A program made the position numbers and the translations under genes. Source: Eledone cirrhosa (lineage: Eukaryota). From it: a DNA stretch of 64,000 nt. Below are positions 53,431 through 64,000 of the stretch, one piece after another. A model generated the notes under the pieces. The model was given only the letters and a program-made list of their open reading frames with translations, had not been told where the DNA came from and did not search any database. Location: contig OZ024741.1 in the NCBI GenBank assembly GCA_964016885.1, forward strand, positions 80,352,001 through 80,416,000, written 5' to 3'. Numbering within the stretch: position 1 is the first letter of the stretch; every line of letters begins with the position of its first letter.

Positions 53431-55616
53431 TTGTGTGTGTGTGTGTAAATATATATATATTTTTTTTTGTTTTTTACCTTTTTCTTGCTCTCTCTCTCTC
53501 TCCACATCATCTAACTAGTCTTTTTCTGAAAAAATTGTAAATAAATGTGTGAAAAAGAAAACAATTAATGAGAAAAAAGAAAAAAAATCACCACTACCAC
53601 CACCACCACTACAACAAAAAATATCATTATAAATTAATCATTATATATAGATAATATACATATATATTTATGAAGGCAGTGCTCCAGCATAGCCTTGGCT
53701 GTGATGGCTAAATCAGACAAAAGAACTACACACATACATATATGTATATAAACAACGATAATATTCCATTCCTCATTGCTAAGCAGTTTCTTTTCATGTG
53801 TGTGTGTGTGTGTGTGATGTTAACTGCTACTTTTTGTTATGTCTTTCTTATTATCAAGACTGGTGGATTGGCAGAAACATTAAAGCATTGGTCAGAATAT
53901 CTTGCAGTATTTAGTTACAGCCATTTTTGTTTTGAGTTCAAATCCAGCTGAGGTCAACTTTGCCTTTCAATCCTTTTTTGGTTGATAAAATAAAGTACCA
54001 TTCAAGTACTGGGGCTGATGTAATCAACTTAGCACTCCCTCTAAAATTGCTGGCTTTGTGCTGAAATTAGAAACTGTTATTATTACTCTTATTATGAGAG
54101 TGATGGATTGACAGAATTGGTAGGGATCCAGATGAAATGCTTTGCAGTATTTATTAATGCCCATTTTACATCTTGAGATTGATAAAATAATTACAAGACT
54201 AGAGGAAAATGGATTGGGTTATATATATTGATGAGTGCCACTTTCCTCCCCGAATTTTTCAGCCATTCCTGCATTGGGAGACATAGGAGAGCAATAATCT
54301 AAACATGTTTTTGTAGAGTTTAGTTTCCTAACTCCCTATGTTCCAAGTTTGAACCCAGCCAGTGTAGGTACAACTTTGCATTTTTCATCCTGCTACACTA
54401 TGGGATCAACAAAGTAAGTCACGCATGCACACACACACACACACACACGGTGGTCTCGATACAAATGTCAAAAATTGATTACTCTTACTATTAAACATTG
54501 TCACAGCTACTGAAGACTAAGTCTTAGGATTCACTGGTGCCACGTACACAGCCTGGCAATGCTATCTGCTATTATCTGTTAATTCCCTCCAAGGCTTTCT
54601 TTAACTGTAAGTTAGTTGGGTGAGGTGGGGATGGAAGCTATTTTAGGGTAATAGCCAATGAGTGGTGGTGGAGTGGAAAGGTTTTTGTTTTTCCTGCCAA
54701 AACATGATATAATAATCCGCAAGTGAGAGACATGATTAGTCTCAATCAACCATCTCCCCCACCCTATACACTTGTACAGAATAATTATCATATCCTCATC
54801 TGTTCATTGCCCCTCCCCCTCCCCAAACAAACTCAAAACTTTTGTAAATTCTAGATTTTTCAATTAACCTGCATTATACCAAATTTTGTTGTTTGTGATT
54901 ATTTAATTTCCTTCTCTCCTTTTTTTCTTCTTTTGTGCTACTGGTTTAATTTTGATGTATGTGCGTGTGTGTATATATAATGTGTGCGTGTGTGTGTTTC
55001 TCTCTCTCTCTCTTTGTACATATGTGTTTCTCTGAATGTTGTGGTTTGTGAACACATGCACAACGCACTATATATGTGTGTGTGTGTGTGCTGTAAAAGC
55101 TGCTTATTGTGACAACTTTTGGATGAAGCCTTTTTTATAATAACTGGCTGATAACATTAAGCAAGTAAAGAGTTTGAGAGCCATTAATTTTGTCAACGAT
55201 AACTGGTTGATAATATCCATGAAAGTAATAAGCAGCTTACACTGTGTGCGTGTGTGTGTTTGTCTTTGTACATATTTCTGTGTTTATATATAATGTGTAT
55301 ATGTGCGGGTGTGTGTTTGTTCTTGTTTTGTTTTTACATCATACTTTGCCAAACAATAACAACAATAAAAATCCATTAAAAATACCTCATTAACGAATGA
55401 AAAAGCAAATGTACTGTTACTTTGTACTGTATGGTAGATAACTTGATATTTTTGTGTGTATGTGTCATCATATGTGTGTATATGAATATACATTTGTTTT
55501 TCTCTACACATAGATACATACATTATATATATATATATACACACACACACAAACATACATACACATACTTCCATATATATACATACACATACATGTGTAT
55601 GTATATGTATACTACA

Positions 55617-55664
<48 letters not shown>

Positions 55665-56606
55665 TTTTATGGTAGGTAGAGGGGAGCATGTAGTGGTGAT
55701 GGTGATGGTAGAGGTGTTTGTTCAGGTGGATGGTGGCAGTTGTGTGGTAAGCCATTTCATATTTCCAAACACTCCACAATGTTACATACCCAACGTCTTA
55801 CCACCACACAAGGTTTCTTCACCACCAACTCTATTTTCTTTCCTCATGCTACTCCTTGTTACACCTCATTATTCCATTTACTGTCTGGTTCCTTGAAATA
55901 TTTCTCTTCCTTCCATATTGTTTCACGTGAAACATCCTTTGTATGTTGCGTATTGGTTTACAAAAATACCATTGCCCTATAGTTGTAATTTATAAGTAAT
56001 ATTATTTTACTATATATATATATATATAATGTAATAATATATAATGTATGTACATATACCAAGATAGCTTTTAAAAAAATGAATTGTTTTAATAAAAATT
56101 AAAATATCTCAGATTTGTGGAGTGGATTGCCTTGCTAGGGTAGAATTTTGAATTCCAAATATCTAGATTATGAATGGATGGTTGAGAAGAAAAATAATCT
56201 AAATAGTAGTGAAAGAAATCTGAGTATCATTATTATTATTAGAGCAGTAAATTTGAAGAATTTTTATAGTGTTGGAAAAAATGCTTTGTGGTATTTGTTC
56301 CTTTTTTTTTTTTTTTTTTTACATTCTGAGTACAAATCCCACCAATGTTAACTTTGCCTTTCATCCTTCCTAGGTTGGTATAATAAAGTACAAGCCAATG
56401 TACTGGAATCTATTTAATCGACTAACCCCTCCCTTCCAAATTTCTGGCCCTGTGCCTATGTTAGAAATATTATTAAGATATTTTTTTTTTTCAATTATAA
56501 AACTTGCCTTTAATTTCTAATTACCTGGTGACTAAAATAGGCAATATATATGTATGTATATCTATGTCTGTCTACCTGTTTGTCTTTGTATCTGTATGTA
56601 TGTATG

Positions 56607-56653
<47 letters not shown>

Positions 56654-56672
56654 GTATACATATATATGTGCT

Positions 56673-56712
<40 letters not shown>

Positions 56713-57290
56713 TATACATGTGTGTGCATTAATGAATGATTTTTTTTTTCAAAACAATGTAAGATATATTTACTTTTTCCTCTTTCTCATATTTTTTTTT
56801 TTCATTTTTATGTAAAATTGAAACTACATCCAAATTAGAAAAAATAAAATTAAATAATTGATATAAGAATTATTATCTTTATTTATTGTCTTTCTTTAAT
56901 TGAAAGTGTTTTCTAACTTCCATTGTCAGAGAATTTTTTTATTTATGTTTTTCCATGTATTAGAGTAGAAAAGGCAGTGCTGGTTACATTTTGCAGGCCC
57001 GCAGAGACCACTGGCCCAAAGAAAGAAACTACAACTTATAATCTATTGCACTAGGATCATTGCATCAAGATACCATATTATCCTTAGACAACGTAACAAA
57101 TTTGAAAAGTCATTCCTTGCACTATTTGTTCTGAGTTTAAATCCTACCAGGATCAACTTTGCCTTTCAATATTTTGATAGTTGATACATAAAGTAGCAGT
57201 ACTAGGTAGTTGATTGGCAGAATATTTTGAGCATTGGGTGGAGTATGTCTTGCAGTATCTATTCCATCTCTACATTCGGAGTTCAAATTG
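48520..57290 (+). repeat. Dense cluster of degenerate same-orientation Nin-type SINEs in the last intron and 3'UTR/downstream region
   Basis: Repeated gagttcaaatcc / gtcaactttgcctttcatcc / ataaaataaagtaccag / ggccttgtgcct blocks, e.g. near 48740, 50430, 51000, 52380, 53935, 56330 and 57135. Confidence 0.75.
49306..49500 (+). CDS. TIF1-family last coding exon: bromodomain helix C and tail, DSSEVGKAGKTMEAYFQELVKKYLP...PCLL*
   Basis: Acceptor ttcttcttggtattgtttcag; matches TRIM24/33 DSEVAxAGxxxxxYFExxL; stop TAA at 49498-49500. Confidence 0.92.
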   Translation, partial: DSSEVGKAGKTMEAYFQELVKKYLPCYTALLYRELKVYEDNSPDSNVKRIRTDEMPSSSSPCLL

Positions 57291-57699
57291 CACTGTCTGT
57301 GACATGATAGAAATGTGGGCTCCTATCATTAAAACACCCAAGTAATTGCCCATGTGATGCAACTTTATAGGAGGCCTGCTAAAACTAATTAGATGTGAAC
57401 CATAGCAACAACAACAGACTGAGATTGGAGATCTGGTCTTAATGCTTTCAGTAGAATGAACTTCACTAAAGACATCCTAATTCAAATAAGCATCTGCTGG
57501 TGTTAAACCAGGTGACATATTAGGTCTGCTACTCAACTGGTTAGTTTAGTTATGGCTGACCACGTCTATAGAATTTCACCCTATTGAGCAAAGGGAGTCA
57601 GTGTTTATTATTCTATAGTACAACATTCTTAACTCTTCTGATGGCAATTTGCTTGAGATATTCTCTATCTATGTGATACATCTGTTTTAAAGTGCTGAT

Positions 57700-58478
57700 C
57701 ATCATCATCATCATCATCATCATCGTTTAACGTCCATCTTCCACGCTTGCATGGGTTTGGACGGGAGTTTTCCCACTTGAGGCAAGAGTGGTTGTCTTGC
57801 TCGCATAGGACTGTCTGGCGGGTTTTCTATGGCTGAATGCCCTTCCTAACACCAACCACATTTACAGTGTGGGGCTGGGAGGTTTTTACCGTGTTACCTA
57901 TACGGTCACATTTTTTTGTTGTGACACCTACACGACCTCATTTGTTTCGGACTGGATGTTGTGGCACCAACATAACTTTACATTGAAAAGGGTGGTGTGG
58001 ATAGGGTGGGGGTAGTGGGACGGGGGTGTATTTTTGTTAGAGGTGCCTACTGACTGTAGTAGGTTTCACTTTGTACTTAGGTAAGGCGGGTCTTCTGTAT
58101 TACTGTGTAGCGCCAAAGATCTCGGTCCAGTGACATTGTCTTGGAGAGGTGTAAGTGTGTGAGGTCGAAATTTATCAGGTCCCAGGTTTTTCTGGGTCTG
58201 CCTACTCCGTGGCTACCGTCTATTTTTATTGCCCTGCACTTTTTTATACAGCTGTCGTCGTTCATGCGCATCACGTGACCATACTAACGTAGCCTTCTCT
58301 CGAGTAAACAACATCTGATCCCTCTTATTTCTAATTTTTCCCTTAGTTCGTTTATGCTTTGCCGTTCACGTATATTACTATTACACATCCAGCGGAGCAT
58401 GCAAGCTTCGTTCCTCTCCAGTCTGCGTATATCCTCTGCACACAATGGCCAGGTCTCACTGCCATGTAACATTGCTGA
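57700..58478 (-). mobile_element. RTE LINE 3' portion
   Basis: MLHGSETW...[28 protein letters not shown]; (GAT)n tail at 57700-57723. Confidence 0.9.
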
Positions 58479-60027
58479 TATTTAAATTAAAACCTTCTAT
58501 TACTTTGGTTAAGATATGTTCCAAACTAATTAACTATGGTAATCACATGCAAACAAGAATGACTTTGTAGCTTACTTTTCCTTGGTAAAGGAAAACAAAG
58601 AGATCATTGTGATGGGAACAACTGATAGCTGGACTCTTCCTACGTATAACTAACTGTTTGAGATTTTTACAAAACAATGATCCTTAAACAGCTTGCTTAA
58701 AATATACATACAAATATGTATATACATAAACACCTCTATAGGTACACAAACATATATCATCATCATCATCACTGTTTAAAGTCCATTTTACCACACTAGT
58801 ATGTGTTAGATGAGTTGTCTCATTGTAAAACAAGTCAGATCAGGTGACTGCCTTATTCATACAGAACTATTTCTGGCTTGGTTTCTATGGACTGGGTGCT
58901 TTTTATCATGGCACTAAAATGACCAACTGACAGGTTGGACTGGGTGTTTTTTGTCATGATCCCTTTACTGGGTGGACCAGTCACAACATTTGTAAATAAA
59001 TTATCGAAGCATCAAGTGAATTAAAATGCTTAGAAAATGTAGAGAATCTCAAACAGAAAATAATTGTGAACACAGTTGATTGCTTTTAAGTAATAGCTAT
59101 TGTTCATAGCAATCCACTGTGTTCATAGTTTAATTTCTTAGTATTTCAATTCACTCAATGCTCCGATAATTTATTTACAAATGTTGTCACATTTAAAAAG
59201 CTGATATTTAGCTTCTACTTAGACAGTAATTGTTGTTAGAGGCTGTTTAGCTCATTGGTATTGAGTGCTTAGCTGGAATTTGAGAGATACAGAGTTCGAT
59301 TCTCTATAGTGGTTGCTGGCCACTTTTTTCCCTCTGTTGGGATATTTTACCTGATTTTCTAAGTTATCATCTAAAGCAATCAACTGAGTTCAGTTATTTT
59401 CTATGTTCGAGATTCTCTACATGTTCTAAGTATAATGTATACATTTAAACATTAACACAAATATTAACTTCAACCAGAAACCGGTCTGAATCTTAATGTG
59501 ATGTTTTGATAAGGCAGTGGTATACCCAGCAAGAGTCATTTTACCTTCCAATCTGGAACTACATTGGACTCACAGCCAACACCTTCAAAACCTGAATTAC
59601 TCAACATAGATGTTCATTCTTACACTTTAGACATAGAAATAAATGTGCATTAACTAAATATATATGGAGCTTAACAACAGAAACATAGAAAACTTTAAAA
59701 TAAGCTCATCTATAAAAGAGCAGTGACATATGTAAGTGGATCAAACTTATGTTATCTATATCTTGCAGAGAAATATAACATTCTAAGAAACAACTGCATT
59801 CTATTAAAAAAAAAAAGAATTGATTTCTAAATGCCAACATGAAGATAATCTTTTGAGCCATTGCAAGCAAGTTGGACTGAAACAATCAAATCTGTACACA
59901 GATATACATCAACTTACAATGAATACAAAATTATTATATGCTTATCACACATTGTATGGATTTCATTTATAGTACTTGTTGGAATCCCCAGCATCTACAT
60001 GTTTTTATGTTTATGGTGATTTTATGT

Positions 60028-61086
60028 ATCATCATCATTGTTATTGTTTTAGCATCTGCTTTCCATACTAGCAAGGATTGGACATGTCTACATAGAGCAA
60101 GTCAGTACTGAAGCAGGGCTACTGATCTTCCAGACAAGCTAGGGATATGTCATCTCGCTTATATACAGTCTCACATTATACTAAGTGCACAGGAGGGGTT
60201 GTCATGTATTTGACACAACTGAGGGTAATCCAAACTCTTTGTTTGGTAAGCTTTCTACAGCTTGATACCCTTCCTATCACCAACCACTTTACAGCATGTA
60301 CTGGGTGCATTTATCTTGTAGGTCACCAACACTAGGAAGGCTGTTATGTCTTTGACATGGCTGAGGGTCCTCCTAACCCTTTGTTTGACAAGCTTTCAAC
60401 AGCTGGATGCCCTTCGTATCACCAACCACTTTACAGTGTATACTAGATGTGTTTATTGTGTAGGTCACCAAACACTAGAGAGGCTGTTGTGTGCTTGACA
60501 TGACTGAAGAGTCCTCCCAACCCTTTATTTGGCAAGCCCTCAATGGCTGGATGCCCTTCCCATCACCAGCCACTTCAGAAAGGGGCAGCAGCTAGGAATG
60601 TATATGGAGGCGAGAAAGTATGGTGTAGTGGTGTTAAAAATCACTGTTAGTGAGTGGTAGTGGATGCAGGGGTAGGTCAAGCCACATTGCATGTTGCAGG
60701 TCAGGTTTTCTTTAGCACCAGCTCTCGTGATCTTTTCTGTTGTGAGGTTTAGTTTCTTAAGGTCAGCCTTCAGAACCTCATCCCATGTCTTCCTGGTTTT
60801 GCCTCTTCTATGGATCTCAGCAACTGTGATTTCTCTGCATTTCTTTATCCAGCTGTTAACTTCCATGTGCATCACATGCCCATACTAATACAGTCTTTTC
60901 TCTTGCACACTACATCCAATTCCTCTTATGCCAAGTTTTCTCTCAATTTACTTGTGCTATTTTGTTTATGCACACTAACATCCATTGGAGTATACTCAAC
61001 TCATTTCCGTCTTGCCTCCACCTGTCTTCTGCAGTCAAGGCCCATGTTTCACTGCCATATAACATTGTAGTTTACACACAGGCATA
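60028..61086 (-). mobile_element. Degenerate RTE LINE 3' portion with an ~120-bp unit repeated about three times in its 3'UTR
   Basis: WIKKCRE...GKTRKTWDEV; unit ttgacatgactgagggtcctcc...ctggatgcccttcc...accaaccacttt at about 60210, 60350 and 60495. Confidence 0.75.
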
Positions 61087-62301
61087 TATATGTGTGAATA
61101 TATACAATTTAAATTGGAGATGGAGAGATCGTCAACAGTCACCTGCAGGAATCAGGCCACACATCTGTTGTATATGACAACTGCAATAACCATTAAACCA
61201 AAGCGACCTAGCCAACTTCCTTCATCTAATTAGAAGCTTTAACTGTTGTTTAGGAATGTAAAGAACACACACATTTACAAATCTATTGGGCAAATTTGAA
61301 ACTTTGAAAATCTGTGTTTTCTTCTTTTTCTTTTCTCTTTGGAGAGCTGCCACCATACATATAAACTATAATATAGTCAGATAAGTCAGACAAATTAGCC
61401 CTAGAGATAGAGAAAAAAGTGGACAGAGATACCTGCAGGGATCGAAATAGACAATTGTAATAACTGTTACACCAAAGCGACCTGGCCAACTTTGTATAAT
61501 GCAAACACCACTTCACAGGCTTTCACAAACATCAACATGAACATTTCAATATAAATCCAAGTTCACTCATATGTAAAAAATATATTTTATATATTCTATC
61601 TAAAGTTCAGAATGGTGGATATGTAGACATATAGAGGTAAGTGATGCAAAACACAATGGAGTAGAGACCATAATGTTATTGACCTTTATAAAGCAAGCGT
61701 ATAAATAATTAACAAAGTATTTGTAAATAAATAATAGTTAATTTAGTTTAATAAGGTGTGTTATAACATAAATATATATATCAACAATTAAACATAAAAA
61801 TGTAAAATATAGAGGTAATGAACAAATAAGTGGGAAAAACAATGAAATATTGAGGCTAAAAGATTCTGAATAAAAATAAATGATAAAATTGTAGGTGTCT
61901 ATAATGGACACAGAAAGAGGTAATAATAATAGAGAAGGCAAAATTATGAAAGGATGCGCATGGTGGTGGTGGCAACCTTCTTCCTCCACCTCAAGTCTTC
62001 CTTATATACTGTGTCTGCCATTGTAATGTTGGTTCTTGTCGGATGACCATGTAATAAACAGGCGAAACTCCAGAGTAACATGACTCACTTTTTAGCCTTA
62101 ATAGTATTGAATATTAAAACTCTACCTTGGTATTGAGTACTCCTTTCTCTCAGCCATCAACCACATATGGATATATATACATACACACACACAGAAGAAT
62201 ATTATCTCCAGTACATTTTCCAGGGGAAGTAGGTTTTGGCTGTCATTGTATATATATATATATGTATGTATGTTTGTATGTGTGTGTATATATATATATA
62301 T

Positions 62302-62556
62302 ATATCATATAAGAAAGGGAGAATCAGTGTTGCGACGAATAAAATTTATTAGACATATTACAATCGTTTCTGTGGCGACCAGCTCGAGGCACAATCGATG
62401 CAATGATTGAGCCTGACTCTGAAATCATCTTGCGATTTCAGAGTCATGTTCGATCATTACATCGATCGTGCCTCGAGCTGGTCGCCAGAGAAATGACTAA
62501 TATGTCTAATAAATTTTATTCGTCGCAACACTGATCCTCCGTTTCTTATGTGATAT
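62302..62556. repeat. Long imperfect palindrome (arms about 124 bp, 7-nt loop)
   Basis: atcagtgttgcgacgaataaaatttattagacatatta pairs with taatatgtctaataaattttattcgtcgcaacactgat; tggcgaccagctcgaggcac pairs with gtgcctcgagctggtcgcca; centre gaaatc-atcttgc-gatttc. Confidence 0.92.
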
Positions 62557-62632
62557 TATACTCTGCTCTGTAAGAGCATCGAGTGCTCAAACGGGCTACC
62601 GCTTACGAATGCTTTAAGCATCCCACACCAAT

Positions 62633-62665
<33 letters not shown>

Positions 62666-62844
62666 GATGGTGGTGGTGGCAAAATAGAGGTCAGTTCTAC
62701 AGCCAAAGTCCCTGGAGAATGGGAAGTGTGCACATATCATTGTATGTAGGTTGGTATCTGTGGAGTAGTCTCCTCAATGAAGGTCCCAAGTGTACCAGCT
62801 GTATATTCAGGCCCTCTCTAATGGCTTGTCTGATGCCAGCAGAT

Positions 62845-63227
62845 ATGGAACAAACTGCCTGCGTCAATTGTTAGCTGCCGAGACACTGCATCCTTTAAGA
62901 CACTCATGCTTCCCGAAATACACCAAAACTACACCTGATGTACCCCTTCCATACACATGCACACATGTGTGTATCATGACTCGTGCACTGTTCATTTTAC
63001 TGATGTTTGTGCATTGCCCTATGTACTGTACATGTACTTTTTTGATGAGTTGTGGTGCACCTGGGCACTGTACACAATATTTCATTATTGTTATTGTTAT
63101 TATATCATGACTCATACACTGTTTATTTTCCTGACATTTGTACATTATTCTATGTACTATACATGCACCTTTGATGAGTTGTAGTGCACCTGAGCACTGT
63201 ACACAATAATTTCATTATTATTATTAT
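62845..63227 (+). mobile_element. CR1-type LINE 3' end with tandemly duplicated 3'UTR
   Basis: Two consecutive atcatgactc...gtgcacctg.gcactgtacacaat...(att)n tails. Confidence 0.8.
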
Positions 63228-63540
63228 TTATCTTATTGAAAGCTTCAGGTAGCATATGTTACCTTTAATTTGAAGGCTCTATCTACAAACAAATTTTGGG
63301 ACTTCTGATGTGGTCAAGTCTCTCAGGCTTGCTGGCCATCATGTCCATGGACCAATTGGATCACACAGCACTCAGCATCTGTTACTCCAGGTATGTGGAT
63401 GATATCTTTATTCTCTTTTCATCATGTGAAGAAGCCGTCAAGATTTACATCTTCAAAAATATAGATACATATGTGAATTTTGAGGTTAAGTACCAAGCCA
63501 CCACTGGATCCCTCCCTCTATTCGACTTTACACTAAGAGT
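63228..63540 (+). mobile_element. Penelope-like element reverse transcriptase fragment
   Basis: YKQILGLLMWSSLSGLLAIMSM (YxQxxGxxMGSPLS) and RYVDDIFI motifs. Confidence 0.75.
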
Positions 63541-64000
63541 ATGCAATTGTTGTAACAGGTTATATATATTTACTTTGCATCCATGGATTCATATTTCTCA
63601 GTTTCAAAAGATTCCGCTTTAGAGTGAAAACAGAAATTGTTTGCTTAATTTATGCTAATAATATATATATTCATGTAAAAGTCGAATATTTTAGACCATT
63701 TTTTAAGGTGTCGACTATTACATGGATACTACTTTTGGTGTCGACTATTACATGGATACTACTTTTGAAGGGCTTGAAATTCAAGATAGAATCCAAAGTA
63801 CCATATCAGAAGCAGAAACGCAGCTGAGTGGTAAATGAATAAAAAAAAACACTGAATTACAGTAATATTACCAATTCTCTGCATCAAAACATGTGTCCTA
63901 ATAAATAACAAAATCCACAGACAAGGCTGCATAGCTCTTATAAATATTACACATGATCTTTCACTTGATCCATCAAACTTAACAGACTAACTTCATGTAA

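Overview
AT-rich, microsatellite- and retroelement-dense animal genomic DNA. The repeat landscape (RTE and CR1 LINEs, Nin-domain and tRNA/RTE-tail SINEs, long TA/GT tracts) suggests a coleoid cephalopod such as Octopus; this is inference. The + strand carries the 3' half of a TIF1-family gene (TRIM24/TRIM33/Bonus-like). Six exons (31646-31724, 41016-41500, 42358-42484, 44492-44566, 47459-47611, 49306-49500) splice in frame into a polyQ linker, PHD finger and bromodomain; the RING/B-box/coiled-coil exons should lie upstream of the window. The main finding lies upstream of these exons, probably inside a very long intron of the gene: an intact, same-strand Harbinger (PIF/HARBI1-like) transposase ORF at 9322-10351. 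It has no usable start codon but has a strong phase-2 splice acceptor, its own stop and poly(A) signals, and Thr at the catalytic Glu position. The host exon at 31646 also opens in phase 2, so one upstream donor could yield either the normal TIF1 protein or a TIF1(RBCC)-Harbinger fusion, a candidate domesticated host-transposase alternative last exon. Other observations: a candidate LxxLL-encoding alternative exon, an RTE insertion with twin-priming-type 5' inversion, a minimal hammerhead-ribozyme motif, a 255-bp palindrome, and inverted repeat pairs around exons. Nearly all other ORFs in the track are repeat artefacts.
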